From Octopus vulgaris (Eukaryota), in NCBI GenBank assembly GCA_951406725.2, contig OX597826.1, positions 54,374,001-54,438,000 of the forward strand: a DNA stretch of 64,000 nt. Direction: 5' to 3'. The notes beneath the pieces are model-generated. The model had not been told where the DNA came from. It saw nothing but the letters and a program-made list of their open reading frames with translations, and made no database searches. The first letter of the stretch is position 1, and each line of letters opens with the position of its first letter. The position numbers and the translations under genes were made by a program. Below are positions 25,345 to 41,760 of this stretch, one piece after another.

Positions 25345-25640
25345 ATTGAGTGGAATTCTTTGGGGTTTGAAAAATTCATCTCCGGAAACATGCGTGTTCG
25401 TTCAACAACCCCTTAAACAACCCTTATTCAGGAACCTTTTGAGTGGGATGGGCTACTCGACCTGAAGAAAATTCTTACTGGGCCCCACCTGCTCTCTTTA
25501 TCTTGATATGAGATTACGATATTGCGCGCATATGGTTGTGATGCATGTGCCTAGTGTACTCTTATCAGATGGGGAGTTATCATAGGTATATTTGTATCCC
25601 CGTGTCACTTTGATGGCATACACTGCCCTTTTACTCAATA
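25345..25640 (+). mobile_element. ~550-bp repeat family, partial copy with (TAA) tail
   Basis: Reverse complement of 4523-4830. Confidence 0.75.
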
Positions 25641-26479
25641 ATGATAATAGTAGTTTCCAATTTTGACACACTGGAAATTAGAGAAAAAGATAAATTGATT
25701 ACATCGACATACAAGCTCTGTGATTTTTTTAAGACTTCAGGATATGCAGATACGCACCGTCCTCAACTGACCACACTACGATATTAGTCACTTCGGTACC
25801 TACAACTTGCCCTTATTACATTGCAAAAAAAAAAAAAAATGACGAAAAGCTAATGGCCAATATGACGGCTAAAGTCACATGATGTGACTGCTGTGTTTAG
25901 TTAGCCCATATATTACATCATAAAGATGCGTCACTCACCAATAGTCAGGCGAGTAACTCACCAAATCAACCTGTCGCTTTGCCTCCTCTTTCCTTTAAAG
26001 ACAGGGTACACAGTCACATCTGCTTTTTTTCTCAATTGGTGGAAACCACAATATTCCAAAGACTTCTTTCAGTTGCTCCGCCTGGGGGTATACCGAGACA
26101 AATCTCTCTACATTGTGTCAAACAAATACATGTCGATTTTCTTCATCCATTTTCTTCAGCAGAATCCTCTGTCAGGAGGCAGAAGATCCCTTGATATACC
26201 TACTTCGCATTCTATTTTGTCGGTGAGTTTACTCATAATCAGAACTACGTATTTAGTATGCAATATTGATAAATAATTTGTTGTCTTTGTAACCTTCCGC
26301 ATTGTTGAGAACCGTTCATGAAATTATGATATTTTTTCCTCGTTTTTGTTTAGAACTTAAATATAGAAGCATCGAGAAATATGTAAATAAGTTTTCTGTA
26401 AACGATATGTCTTGAATGCGAATCCATCTATAAATAAAATATAATACATAGGACTAAAATTACTTTGAACGGAAATTAG

Positions 26480-26519
26480 ATGCCTATACACACACACACA
26501 CACATATATATAAATATAT

Positions 26520-26581
<62 letters not shown>

Positions 26582-26666
26582 CGAGAGATAGAGATAGATA
26601 AATTGATAGAGAGAAAAAGATATATGTATATACAATGGTTGTATGTATGTGTGTATGCACATACAA

Positions 26667-26701
<35 letters not shown>

Positions 26702-27562
26702 CACATACATACATACGCACATGTATGTACATGCGAATAAATATGTATTTATGTGTGTAAGACTGTAAAATTGTAGCATAGCAATCATAACGTAGAAGTA
26801 ATCTATCGAGTGAGCTGCCGAGAATGAGTTCTATAAGCAAATTAGTCTGAATTAATTAAGCCTTTTGTAATAGGGGCTTTAAAAACGGTGTCTCCGGGGT
26901 GGGGATGGTGGAGCACTTAAGCAGGAAGAAACACGTCCGCTGATGCAATCCCAATATAGGAACGAAACTCGATCAGTTTATCCCTCCCTTTCTACCCACG
27001 AAGATATTGTGCGTAAAGACAAGTTGCTTGAATCATCTGTCATGTACATTCAGGCTTGACTGAAAACCTATACGCATATTTCAAAGCAGTGCTCCAGCAT
27101 GGCCGCAGTTCAATGACTGAAACAAATAAAAGGGGAAAAAATATAATAAAGTAGACAGCAAAGTTTATTCATTCGTTCGAATTGCTGATTCGTTGTGAAG
27201 GACGTGTAACAAGCAGGAAAATTCAAACAACGAACATCACTTCAAGTCTTGCTAGAATTACGAATATACAACCAAACGTGTACGCGCACGTGCGGCGGTG
27301 TGTATATTAGCGGTGGGTGTTGTATGTATCCAGGTGCTGGTTGAAGAATGAAGACCAGTGTGTATTGCAAATAGAAAAATATTATCAATGAATATCGATA
27401 TTATAACACCTGTTATATCTGATGACAAGTTCGGTAAAAATCCTCTCGTGAATAATATTTTTCTATTCTTATTTTCATAAAGTACAAAATAACAACGGAA
27501 GCAGCAGCAGCAGCAGTAGCAGCAGCAGCAGTAGCAGGAGTTGGTGCATATATGCAGAGATG

Positions 27563-27613
<51 letters not shown>

Positions 27614-27729
27614 GTATGTATATATGTATGTATATATATATATGTGTGTGTGTGTATGTCTATATATAACATATGTATATGTATATATTTACATATATAT
27701 GTATGGATGTGTATACATATATATATGTA

Positions 27730-27784
<55 letters not shown>

Positions 27785-28009
27785 GAATATGTATATATAA
27801 CTATGTATAGTTCACATGTATGGTTAAGTGCATATATACGTCTCTGTATGCATGAGTATATATATATATATATACATATACGCATACATATATATTTTTA
27901 AATATATACATGTATATAACTTATGCCTGTATAGTCATAAGTTAACATAAACACACACATTTACATTTACTTATATCCTTTCATTCACACACACACACAC
28001 ACACACACG

Positions 28010-28067
<58 letters not shown>

Positions 28068-28486
28068 TCCATATTTACACATACACCCGCACAAATACAA
28101 TATGAACGTGCATATACAATAATATACAATAAACCTCCTCCACCACGCGTAGACACATATTCATATGAAAAGATATATAATTGCACGTACAGAAACTTAC
28201 AGACAGACACATACAAAAGTGCATATAAATCATGCATACATTAAAACGTACACACTGTCGCTCAAAAAGCACACGCACAGGAAACAGGTGTAAAGCTACA
28301 CATACACACACACACACGCGCGCGCGCGCTGCGCCCGCGTTCCACTCGAGAGAGAGTTTATTCAGTACAGCTAATTATATATATATATATTGTTTCAGTT
28401 TAATAAATTTTAATCTTATTGATTCGTTTTTGCTCCTCTTGTATTCCTGTAACCTCGTTTGCGAGTTTCTCTTTGTTTCCGCGTGC

Positions 28487-28552
<66 letters not shown>

Positions 28553-28630
28553 CTGTGTGTGTGCGTGCGTGTTTGTCTAGCCACGGACGCTTGTGTCTGT
28601 GTATGATTTTGTAATTCAATATATTACACA

Positions 28631-28665
<35 letters not shown>
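26480..28665. repeat. Microsatellite-rich tract (TA, CA, CAG) with short unique islands and a SINE B tail at 27085-27130
   Basis: Directly visible. Confidence 0.8.
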
Positions 28666-28667
<2 letters not shown>

Positions 28668-28669
28668 TC

Positions 28670-29550
28670 TTTTATCTCTTTTGCTTGTTTCAGTCATTTG
28701 ACTATGGCCATGCTGGAGCACCGCCTTTAGTCGAGGAAATCGACCGCAGGACTTATTCTTTGTAAGCATAGTATTTATTCTATCGGTCTCTTTTACCGAG
28801 CCGCTAAGTTACGGGGACGTAAACACACCAGCATCGGTTGTCAAGCGATGTTGGGGGGGGGGGGGGACAAACACGGACACAAACACACGCACACACACAC
28901 ATATATATATACATGTATACGACAAGCTTCTTTCAGTTTCCCACTACCAAATCCACTCACAAGTCTTTGGTCGGCCCGAGGCTATAGCAGAAGACACTTG
29001 CCCAAGATGCCATGCAGTGGGACTGAACTCGAATGCAAAGTTCAAGAACACAACGCATCACTTGGTCTGGGAATTGAAACCACAACTTTACGATCATGAG
29101 TGCAACATTCATACCACTAAACCAAGCATCTACACACATACATACACACACACGAGCATATATTTATATAAATATATATGTATATGTATATGGAGCACCA
29201 CCTTTTAGTCGAACAAATCGATCCCAGGACTTATTCTTTGCAAGCCTAGTACTTAATGCCATCGGTTTATTTTGCCGAACCTTTAAGTTACGGGTATGTA
29301 AGCACTCCACCATCAGTTTTCAAGCGATGGTGAAGGAGACAAATACAGAGACACACACAAACATGCATACATACACATACATACACACACATATACGACG
29401 GCCTTCTTTCAGTTTCCATCTACCAAATCCACTCACAAGGCTTTGTCAACCTGACGTTATTGTAGAGGACACTTGCCCCAGGTGCCCTGCAGTGGGACTG
29501 AACCCGGAACCATGTTGTTGGGAAGCTAGCTTCTTACCGCATGGCCATAT
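28670..29550 (-). mobile_element. Two SINE family B copies
   Basis: 28670-29030 and 29190-29550 match the reverse complement of 36134-36545. Confidence 0.8.
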
Positions 29551-29620
29551 AAATATATATAAATATATATAGACATTGATGGGACTTTATAACCATGTAT
29601 GAAAGTATCTATGTTTCTCA

Positions 29621-29678
29621 CTTTACATGTAGGGGGTACTTTACATGTAGAAGGTACTTTACATGTAGAGGGTACTTT
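29621..29678. repeat. 3 x 18-bp tandem repeat (TTTACATGTAGRRGGTAC)
   Basis: Directly visible. Confidence 0.85.
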
Positions 29679-29839
29679 GTGTATGAGTGTGTGCACACAA
29701 GTATCTCTTGGTTTTTCTGTATGTCTTACTGAGTATATATGTATGTGTATGAATACATTAATGTATATCTGTGACTTGGTGTGCAAGTGTGCAAACCTGA
29801 ATTTGAATAGGTTTATGTATGTGCTGATATATAGTCGGG

Positions 29840-30860
29840 TATGTGTGTGTCTGTATGCGTGTACTTCTGTACCTGTGTGTGTATGTATGTATGTATGTAT
29901 GTATGTATGTATGTATGTATGTATGTATGTATGTATGCATGCATGCATGTATGTATGCATGTATGTATGTTTGTATGTATGTATGTATGTATGTATGTAT
30001 GTGCATGTATGTATGTATGTATGTATGTATGTATGTATGTATGCATGCATGTATGTATGTATGTGTGCTTCTGATTATATGTGTGAACATTTGTCTATAT
30101 TGCGTATGTATGTGTATATGCGCGTGTACATGTTTGTATATATGTGCGTGGGATTGTGTGACACATGTGTGTGTGTGTGAGATTGTGTGTGCATGATTAT
30201 GTGTGTGTGTGATTATGTGTGATTATGTGTATGTGTGTGTGCAATGATTGATTCAGTTTTATGAATCTGTATTGTGATGCATTCATATATGCACACGTAT
30301 GTCTGTATATGTATATGTGTATGTGTATGAGTGTGTGTATATGTGTGTGTATATGTGTGTGTATTTGTGTTTCAGTATATTTACAAGAATGACTGGGTTC
30401 ACATATTATTATGTATTACCAGATGCGCGTGTGCGTGTATGTGTGTGTGTGTGTGTGTGTGCACTTTCATATGTGTGTGTAGTGTATGTGCATTGTGTAT
30501 GGATGTATTTATGTATATGTGTGTATATATTAGCCTGCAGACACATACAATCACACGCATATAGTAATATGTGTGTGTGTTTGCGTGCATATGCGTGTAT
30601 GTCAGACTACGATTAACTTGCTTACCTACACCCCTCTCTCTATCCCTCCCACATTCACTCTCACACAGACGCGCACCCACACACCCACCTACACTGTCTT
30701 TACTTCAACTGAAGATGATGTTGATAAGATACGATCATGATTTACAGAGAGAAAGTGATAAAAATATTGGAAGAGAGGATGAGAGAGAGAGAGAGAGAAA
30801 GAAAGAAAGAAAGAGACGTTAGAGAAGGCGGAGGAAGAGGAGGAGGAGGAGGAGGAGATA
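29840..30860. repeat. (GTAT)n/(GT)n/(GA)n microsatellites
   Basis: Directly visible. Confidence 0.9.
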
Positions 30861-32184
30861 AATGATGTTGAGATACTATTAAGATAAAGACAAATTCACA
30901 TAGTCATCCTTATCACTCAGCCTACTGAGTCTGGGAAGGGGTGGAGGCGGTGATGGAGAAGTGGGTATGGCAAGGAGCGGTGACGAAGGTGGTGTGTGTG
31001 TGTGTGAGTGTGTAGGGGTGGGGTTGATGGTTTGACGGTTGATGGTGAGGCACCGAGAATGACATTCTAAGAATTAATGAGCTATGAGCACTTAGACTAA
31101 CATAATAATAAAAAAAAACTAAAAGAAAAGAACAAAAAAAAAGAAAAAATAATAACCCCTCCCAATTCAAAACAAAGCTGAATAACCCACCCCCGAAATA
31201 TAACAAAAAATAAAGAGAAGAAAAAACGTTTGCAGTAAATAAATAGACATACCAATAAATAAATAAAATACAATAAATATATATATATAATTTTAGGTCT
31301 GTGGCACTGGTGCCTTGACTGGTTCTTTTCTTTTATTGACCCTTGTGAAAAGCGGGGTTTGAACCTCGAACTTAAGCGTCTGAAGCCTAATAGCGTAGCA
31401 AGTTTTCTCAGCCATACTGCCAATACTGCTTAACCGAAAAAATTATGGTGTTGGAAAGGGGTAGATAGACAGATTTGTAGGTGTGGATGATGTGTCATAT
31501 AGAAATGGATGGTAATTCTTATATGCATGGATGGGAACTCATATACGAATGGAAGAGTAGCCGTAAAGGGTGGATTTAAAGCTTTATTGCAGATGGGTAT
31601 TCTTGCAAGAATGAATAAGCAGCTTTATATGAGTGTATTGAAAGTCTTGGAATGAGCAGCCTTATAAGGGTGAATGGGAACTCACACATGGGTAGATGGC
31701 AAGACTAATGGAAGTGCATGAACAGCCCCACATGGATGATGGGTGGTCTCATTTCTCAATTAAATATTTCGGGTGTGCACGTATATTTTGTGAAACAATG
31801 GATTTGCACCTGTTAAGTTCCGTTCCATGGCGCAGTTGTAGGCAAGGTGTTGTTTATGGAATACCAGGAATTGTTCCATCCCCTGCCCGCACCATGGATG
31901 ATTTCCTAGGGAAAGGCAGGGACCGATACAGCTGTTACAAATGAAAGCCATGAAATATATCAGAGCAATATGAGGATAGAAAATATGTATAATTTTTTTT
32001 GTTCCAGAATACTGTCTGATGAAGGGGCTCCAATACCAGATTCCTGACCTTTGGTCTCGTAACACTAGCCTAAACATCCCCTATTTAAAATCAAAACGAT
32101 GTAACCGCTAGACCAGTAATGCTGCTTGAAACAAAAGCCAAAACACTCCGAAATGATTTTTTTTCTCTCTACCATAAAACTGAA

Positions 32185-32500
32185 GTGGAGGTGCAATGGC
32201 TCAGTGGTTAGGGCAGCGGACTCGCAGTCGGAGGATCGCGGTTTCGATTCCCAGACTGGGCGTTGTGTGTGTTTATTGAGCGAACACACCTAAAAGCTCC
32301 ACGAGGCTCCGGCAGGGGTTGGTGGCGACCCCTGTTGTACTCTTTTGCCACAACTTTCTCTCACTCTTTCTTCCTGTTTCTTGGGTAACGCTGCGATGGA
32401 CTGGCGTCCCGTCCATCTGGAGGGGGACACACATACGCCACAGAAACCGGGAATCCGGGCCCATGAGCCTGGCTAGGCTTGAAAAGGGCGCATAAATAAA
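32185..32500 (+). mobile_element. SINE family C (tRNA-derived), full length
   Basis: A box TGGCTCAGTGG, B box GGTTTCGATTCC, A-rich tail. Confidence 0.85.
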
Positions 32501-33234
32501 TAAAAAACAAAACTGAAGGACACGTTGGGTAATGTAATCGTAGATACACTTTAAAACACGTAATGGTAACGACTGGAACGTATTTGATGATAAGATTGCT
32601 TGATCAAGTTTGACGTGGTGTTAAAGAACAATAACAACAATGTTCACTTTTTCTCATTCTCTGATCAAGGGTCAGCAGAGCACGAAATATTAGGTATTAA
32701 CTGTTTTCTTACCACATGAAATATTCCGCATTCAAAATATTTGGACGTTACTCACTCTTCACCTTCTACACCTTTCCGTCATATGTATCATCCCTTCCAT
32801 CACACCTCATTATCATCACTCTGCTTTATTTTTACAAAGTGTCATTTTTAGAAAATAATCATTACCATTTCTTATAGAATATTTATCGGTGATTGATTGA
32901 AACAGGAGCCATGACACTTCACAAGCAATATCCGTTTCATGAATCACCACCTCTACAGTTTCTACCTCATGAGGACTTGCAAACCATTTGTGTCTGTACA
33001 GATGGTACGTATCCTGGTACGTATCCGGTGGCTACGAATAAGAGTGATGCATTCATTCTATCTTAGACAGAAAATGGTGTATCTATATATATTCTATTAT
33101 TTGAAGAATTGTACAACAGAAACCTAGGGTAACAGTGATGATTATATGTGCTATAAGTGCTATTTAGGGATGCTGATAAAGTAGTCTGATGAAGAATAAT
33201 TATTAACATCTATGGTAACAAAAAATGTGTAATG

Positions 33235-33380
33235 ATCCATCCATCCATCCATCCTTCCATCCATCCATCCATCCATCCGTCCGTCCGTCCGTCCGTTCGT
33301 CCATCCGTCCATCCGTCCGTCCGTCCGTCCGTCCGTCCATCCATCCGTCTGTTCATCCGTCCTTCCGTCCGTCCGTCCAT
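33235..33380. repeat. (TCCA)n/(TCCG)n microsatellite
   Basis: Directly visible. Confidence 0.95.
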
Positions 33381-33464
33381 CTCGGCATACTTTTCCTGGG
33401 ATTGTTGTGAGGGTCGAGTCCTCAGGGGTGGGAGTGGGATGGGATATGCGCATGTATTTATATG

Positions 33465-33770
33465 AACTTTTTGGCACTCTGTCGGTTACGACGACGAAGG
33501 ATCGAGTTCATTCAATAATCAGCAGAACAGCCTGCTCGTGAAATTAACGTGTCGGTAGCTGAGCGCTCCACAGACACTCGTACCCTTAACGTAGTTCTCA
33601 GGGAGATTTCAGCATGACATGGAATGTGAAAATGCTGACCCTTTGAAAAACAGGTAGAGATAATTTTTACTAGATAAGTGGACTGGAGAAACGTGAAATA
33701 GAGTGTCTTGCTCAAGGACATTACCTTACGATCGCGAGCAGACTACCCTAACCATTAAGCCACGCTCCTT
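33465..33770 (-). mobile_element. Additional tRNA-like SINE fragment
   Basis: Minus head GTGTGAAGGAGCGTGGCTTAATGGTTAGGGTAGTCTG; shares GTGTCTTGMTCAAG with 53270-53500. Confidence 0.55.
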
Positions 33771-33783
33771 CACACACACACAC

Positions 33784-33830
<47 letters not shown>

Positions 33831-33944
33831 TATATGTATATAGAGGGTTTATATAGTGCTCTATAACAATGAGACGAGACACTGTTATTTGACACCAGTC
33901 ATTTGATGTGGATAAGGTAAATCAGCCTTTATACGGATACTCTT

Positions 33945-34153
33945 TACTCTTTTACTCTTTTACTTGTTTCAGTCATTTGACTGCGTCCATGCTGGAGCAC
34001 CGCCTTTAGTCGAGAAAATCGACCCCAGGACTTATTCTTTGTAAGCCTAGTACTTATTCTATCGTTTATCTTTTGCCGAACCGCTAAGTTACAGGGACAC
34101 AAGGATTGGTTGTCAAGCAATGTTGGGGGAGAAACACAGACACACAAACATAT

Positions 34154-34186
<33 letters not shown>

Positions 34187-34375
34187 CATACACACATATA
34201 TACATACATATATACGACGGGCTTCTTTCAGTTTCCGTCTACCAAATCCACTCACAAGGCTTTAGTCGGCCCGAGGCTATAGCAGAAGACACTTGCCCAA
34301 GATGCAATGCAGTGGTACTGAACCCGGGACCATGTGGTTCGTAAGCAAGCTACTCACCACACAGCCACTCCTACG
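33945..34375 (-). mobile_element. SINE family B
   Basis: Reverse complement of 36134-36545. Confidence 0.85.
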
Positions 34376-35059
34376 CCCGGTCAAATATCTTAAAGTATAT
34401 TCTAAAAAAGTTGTTTTCACAATACTTTTTGCAATAGTTGTTTTGTTATTACATTTGTCTGTCATCACAATCTTTTTGCAGTCAGCAGTTATAGTCTATT
34501 GTCATCAGAATATCTTGTCATCACAATCGTTTGTGACTTCAGTCAAATATTTCGTCAACCCAATCTTTTGTCACTGCAAAACTATCATCGCAACCATTGA
34601 CATCGTTGTTCTTTTGTATCATAATATTTTGCCCTTACATTTTTTCTCATCACAATTCTTTATCATCAGTCTTTTGTCATCAGTCCTTTGTCATCATAAT
34701 CTTTAGTCAGCCCTATATACAGTCAGCTCCATTATCTAATGACAACCCAATCGTTTGCCCTGAGACATAAATGTCATCCTAATATTTCAGCCATCATAGC
34801 GTTATCGCAAAACAATCTTTTGTTATCTAAAGCGTAACTTCGTATGTGAATTATTTGTAATTTTGTAATCAGCTTTATCAAGGTAAGACTAGTAATTAAC
34901 ATTATATATGATTGTTCTTGTTATTGTTGTTGTTGTGGTCGTCGCTTAGTCTCCTTTCTACACTAATCGAAATGACCTATGATAAAATGTTAATAGGTTT
35001 CAACATCGCCTGTCCTGTCTTTTAGTAGCATGCAGGATGGCATTATTGAAACTATACTA

Positions 35060-35515
35060 AAGGCAGCGAGATGGCTGAATCGTTAACACGCTGGACAAAA
35101 TGTTTGGCAGCATTTCCTCCGTCTTTACGTTCCGTGTTCAAATTCCACTGAGGTCGATTTACAGTCGACCTTTCATCCTTTCAGGGCTAATTAAAATAAA
35201 GTATTAGCTGAGTACTGGGGTTGATGTAATCGATTAAACTCTATCTATTAAATTCTAGGCATTGTGCCGATACTAGAAAGAATAATTAAATACATATCTC
35301 AGACAGCGAGCTGGCAGAAACTTTTGATCGTGGGGCAAAATGCTTTGCGACATTTCTTTAGATTCTTCACATGCTAAGCTTAAATCCTGTCGAGGTCAGT
35401 TTTGGCTTTCATCCTTTCGAGGCTTATAAAACAAAGTACCATTCAAATGCTAGGGTCGATGTAATCAACATGTCCCCTCTCAGAATTGCTGGCCTTGTGA
35501 CAAAATTGGAAAAAA
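35060..35515 (+). mobile_element. Two degenerate SINE family A copies
   Basis: GGCAGCGAGATGGC../CAGCGAGCTGGCAGAA heads with TTTCATCCTTTC bodies. Confidence 0.7.
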
Positions 35516-35519
35516 TTAT

Positions 35520-35720
35520 CAGGGCATGCTGAAAAGTCTCTGGCTTTAAGGGTATCGCGAAAGGCCTGTTTGGAGATCCAACCTTCCAAGTTCTTTTACA
35601 AGGCTTATAAAATGTGAAGGTCTGCTGCAATAAGTGTGTGATTCTAAGAGGTGAATATGTTGAATAAAACCATAATTAACTGATACTCAAAACCAGGAAC
35701 TTTGCAGCATCCCTTCGTGA
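35520..35720 (+). mobile_element. Mariner-derived MITE
   Basis: Inverted homologue of 1368-1571; reads KCVILRGEYVE*. Confidence 0.6.
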
Positions 35721-35830
35721 ATAGACACTTAGGGCCATAAAGTGTAAATAGAGAGAAATTTAGCTACTACTCCTACCCAGTCAATTACGTAAAGGCTCTC
35801 TCACTGTTTCCAATGTAGGAATGAAAGCAA

Positions 35831-35915
35831 GCATTATTGCTAAAGGTATAATGTGGTATTTAGCATTATTGCTAAAGGTATAATGTGGCATTATTGCTAA
35901 AGGTATAATGTGGTA
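35831..35915. repeat. 3 x GCATTATTGCTAAAGGTATAATGTGG tandem repeat
   Basis: Directly visible. Confidence 0.9.
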
Positions 35916-36133
35916 TTCTAGCATTAATATATAGTGTATGTAACGAAGAATTCCTGTTGTTTAGGCCAGATAATCCATGTAGAAATATGACAGGCTTTCC
36001 TTCCACGGCTACCACGTCATTTTAAATATCTGAGACTAAATTGCTTAATCGTTCTTGCAGGGTATGATGTAATTTGAAGGCAATAAGGTAACTATATATC
36101 TCAAGTATAGATCTCATGTAGAATCTTCAAAAT

Positions 36134-36545
36134 AGGCGCAGGAGTGGCTGTGTGTTAAGTAACTTGCTTACCAACCACATGGTTCCGGGTTCAGTCCCAC
36201 TGCGTGGCACCTCCGGCAAGTGTTTTCTACTATAGCATCGGGCCGACCAAAGCCTTGTGAGTGGATTTGGTAGACGGAAACTGAAAGAAGCCCGTCGTAT
36301 ATATCTATATATATATATGTGTGTGTTTGTGTGTCTGTGTTTGTCCCCCCAACATCACTTGAAAACCGATGCTGGTGTGTTTGTGTCCCCGTAACTTAGC
36401 AGTTTCCTCGAAAGAGACCGATAGAATAAGTACTAGGCTTACAACGAATAAGTCCTGGGGTCGATTTGCTCGACTAAAGGCGGTGCTCCAGCATGGCCAC
36501 AGTCAAATGACTGAAACAAGTAAAAGAGTAAAAGAGTAAAAGAGT
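36134..36545 (+). mobile_element. SINE family B, full length
   Basis: tRNA-like head GGCGCAGGAGTGGCTGTGTG..GGGTTCAGTCCC, internal (TA)(TG) tract, tail (GTAAAAGA)3. Confidence 0.9.
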
Positions 36546-36649
36546 TTCTCGTATTGTCAGAAATTAGTAACATGGTTCAGTGACTGTTACAAGTTGTGGT
36601 ATGGTGTTGTGACATAGTGTCGTAATCAATGCTGTTTTAAAGTATAGGA

Positions 36650-37147
36650 ATACTGGGCCGCTGCCCAGTGCCCACATTGGTCTAGGGTTCCTATTTTGAT
36701 CTATGTGGCTTGCTGTCAATAACTAATTACTTTAGGGCCAAGTGCATTAATTTGCCAGGAGGCCTCACGGGTCTAGGGACCAAATTGTGATCTATATATG
36801 CAGTAACTTAATGTCAGTATATATATATACCGTAAGGCTCGGTGCGCTGATTTAGTTGGAGGTCTCAAGGGGACCAGGAGCCTAATTTTGATTCCATACG
36901 TATGCTTTAGCTTACTGATAATAATACTAGAGAGGTTAGTGTATTGATTTGCCAGAGGTCATGACGGGTCAAGGGGTCTACTTCTGATCTATGTATGATG
37001 TAGTTTGTTGGCAATGAATTTATATATAATAGTGACCAATACATTGATTTGCTCGGCGGCCTCAGGGTTCTACGGGCCCAGTTCCGATCTATATACTTAG
37101 TAGCTTACTGTCAATAAATAGGGCTCAGTGCAGTGATTTGCCCGGGA
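36650..37147. repeat. Degenerate ~100-bp tandem array (~5 units)
   Basis: GATCTAT-like anchors at ~36698, 36789, 36890, 36987 and 37087, with recurring GCTTACTGTCAAT and TGATTTGCC. Confidence 0.7.
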
Positions 37148-37358
37148 ATGGTGAGGTGGGTGGGGCTACAGTGATGTTATTATGGCTCTGGTCGTGACAT
37201 GGGTTTTGTGACAACGACATGGTGTTGTGACACTGAACTGTGACATGGGGTGGTGAAAGGATGTAGCGATAGGATGTAGTCAAATAGAAAGGAAACCATG
37301 TTGCACAACATAGAAACAATCCAGACTAGAATTTCAGTTCTTCGAGAGATTACCATTC

Positions 37359-37423
<65 letters not shown>

Positions 37424-37574
37424 GTACATGCGCACACAATCACAGAAGCGGAATCTATAAGCTATCTCAGTTGAAAAACTGAGATCTGGCAGCTCTCTTT
37501 TACTCCTCCACACCATCCATTCTCTATATCCTCCTCACCGCCAATCACAAACTTCTAAGTCTCTTGCCAATGCT

Positions 37575-40230
<2,656 letters not shown>

Positions 40231-40434
40231 AATAGCAAATATTTGCTCCATGTTTTGCCGATACTGGTTTTTGAGGAGTCAGTATTATCGTAATTTTGAA
40301 GTTCTGAATTACTATTGATAATAGATATTATATTCACTCTACACATAGTATTGAGTCCTTATTCAGTGTATGTATAGTGTACTTAAGTACAATGAATGAA
40401 TCGATCAAATCTCTCTATATAAGTATAGATACTC

Positions 40435-40855
40435 TCTTACTTGTTTCAGTCATTTGACTGTGGCCATGCTGGAGCACCGCCTTTAGTCGAGCAAACCGAC
40501 CCCAGGATTCATTCTTTGTAAGCCTAGTACTTATTCTATCGGTCTCTTTTGCCAAACCGCTAAGTTACGGAGACGTAAAGACACCAGCATCGGTTGTCAA
40601 GTGATGTTGGGGGAGACAAACACAGACACACAAACATATACACACATACATACATACATAAATACATACATATATATATACATATTATCCGACGGGCTTC
40701 TTTCAGTTTCCGTCTATCAAATCCACTCACAAAGCTTTGGTCGGTCCGAGGCTATAGTAGAAGACACTTGCCCAAGGTGCCACGCAGTGGGACTGAACCT
40801 GGAACCATGTAGTTCGTAAGCAAGCTACTTACCACACAGCCACTCCTACGCCTAT
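40435..40855 (-). mobile_element. SINE family B
   Basis: Reverse complement of 36134-36545. Confidence 0.88.
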
Positions 40856-40869
40856 ATATATATATTATA

Positions 40870-41275
40870 TGTGGCTGTGTGGTAAGAAGCTAGGTTCCCA
40901 GTCACATGGTTCCGGTTTCAGTCCCATTGCGTGGCACCTTGGGCAAGTGTCTTCTACTATAGTCTCGGGCCGACCAAAATCTTGTGAGTGCATTTGGTAG
41001 ACGGAAACTGAAAGAAGCCCGTCGTGTAATTATATATGTATATATATATATTTATGTGTGTGTCTTTGTGTCTGTGTTTGTCTCCCACCCACAACATCGC
41101 TAGACAACCGATTTTGGTGTGTGTATGTCTCCAAATCTTAGCGGTTCGGCAAAAGAGAGCCATAGAATATGTACTAGGCTTACAAAAAATAAGTCCTGGG
41201 GTTTGATGTTTTCGACTAAAGAGGGTGTTCCAGCATGGTCGCAGTCAAATGACTGAAACATGTAAAAAACTAAAA
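40870..41275 (+). mobile_element. SINE family B (head-to-head with the previous copy)
   Basis: Matches 36134-36545. Confidence 0.88.
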
Positions 41276-41326
41276 GTGTAATATATATGTATATATGCGT
41301 GTGTGTGTATGTATATCTGTGTGTAT

Positions 41327-41360
<34 letters not shown>

Positions 41361-41379
41361 GTGCATTCACACACACATA

Positions 41380-41760
41380 TATCAAGCTGAAATGAAATCC
41401 ATCCCAATATATTTCACCAATGTGGAAATTTTATTCATCAAAGTAAGTACCATTACAATCAATACTTTTCTTTGCCAACGAGTTACCAGTTTGTTCATTC
41501 CGGTAACATAAAAATCTGGAGTTCTGGAGCTGATGAACTCGTTGAACGCACTTTCAGCATCGGTTTGAATTTTGAAGTCTTTCTCTAGCAGGAAACCATA
41601 GAAGTACTTGAAAAAGTGGTAGTCGGTAGGAGAAAGGTCCTGGAAATACGCTGGGCGGAGGGAAGAACTTCGTAGCCAAGTTCTTCAACTTCTGGTGCGT
41701 TATTAGTGAAACGTATGGCCGAGCATTGATATGAAGAATGATTGTAACATTGTCATGAAG
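41380..41760 (-). mobile_element. Mariner transposase 3' fragment
   Basis: Minus translation PAYFQDLSPTDYHFFKYF..AESAFNEFISSRTPDFYVTGMNKLVTRWQ..IDCNGTYFDE*. Confidence 0.85.

Noticed and set aside
25790-26350. Possible piggyBac-like transposase C-terminal remnant on the minus strand
   Set aside because: Only scattered Cys/Lys resemblance across frameshifts; no clear TIR or TTAA site, so not supportable by eye.
31480-31750. Degenerate GGATG/GAATG periodic tract
   Set aside because: Decayed minisatellite-like low complexity without a definable unit or function.
32185-32260. tRNA gene
   Set aside because: A/B boxes continue into a SINE body and tail shared with 23312-23610; no complete cloverleaf.
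35831-37147. Short tandem arrays as CRISPR-like repeats
   Set aside because: No unique constant-length spacers, no cas genes, eukaryotic context.
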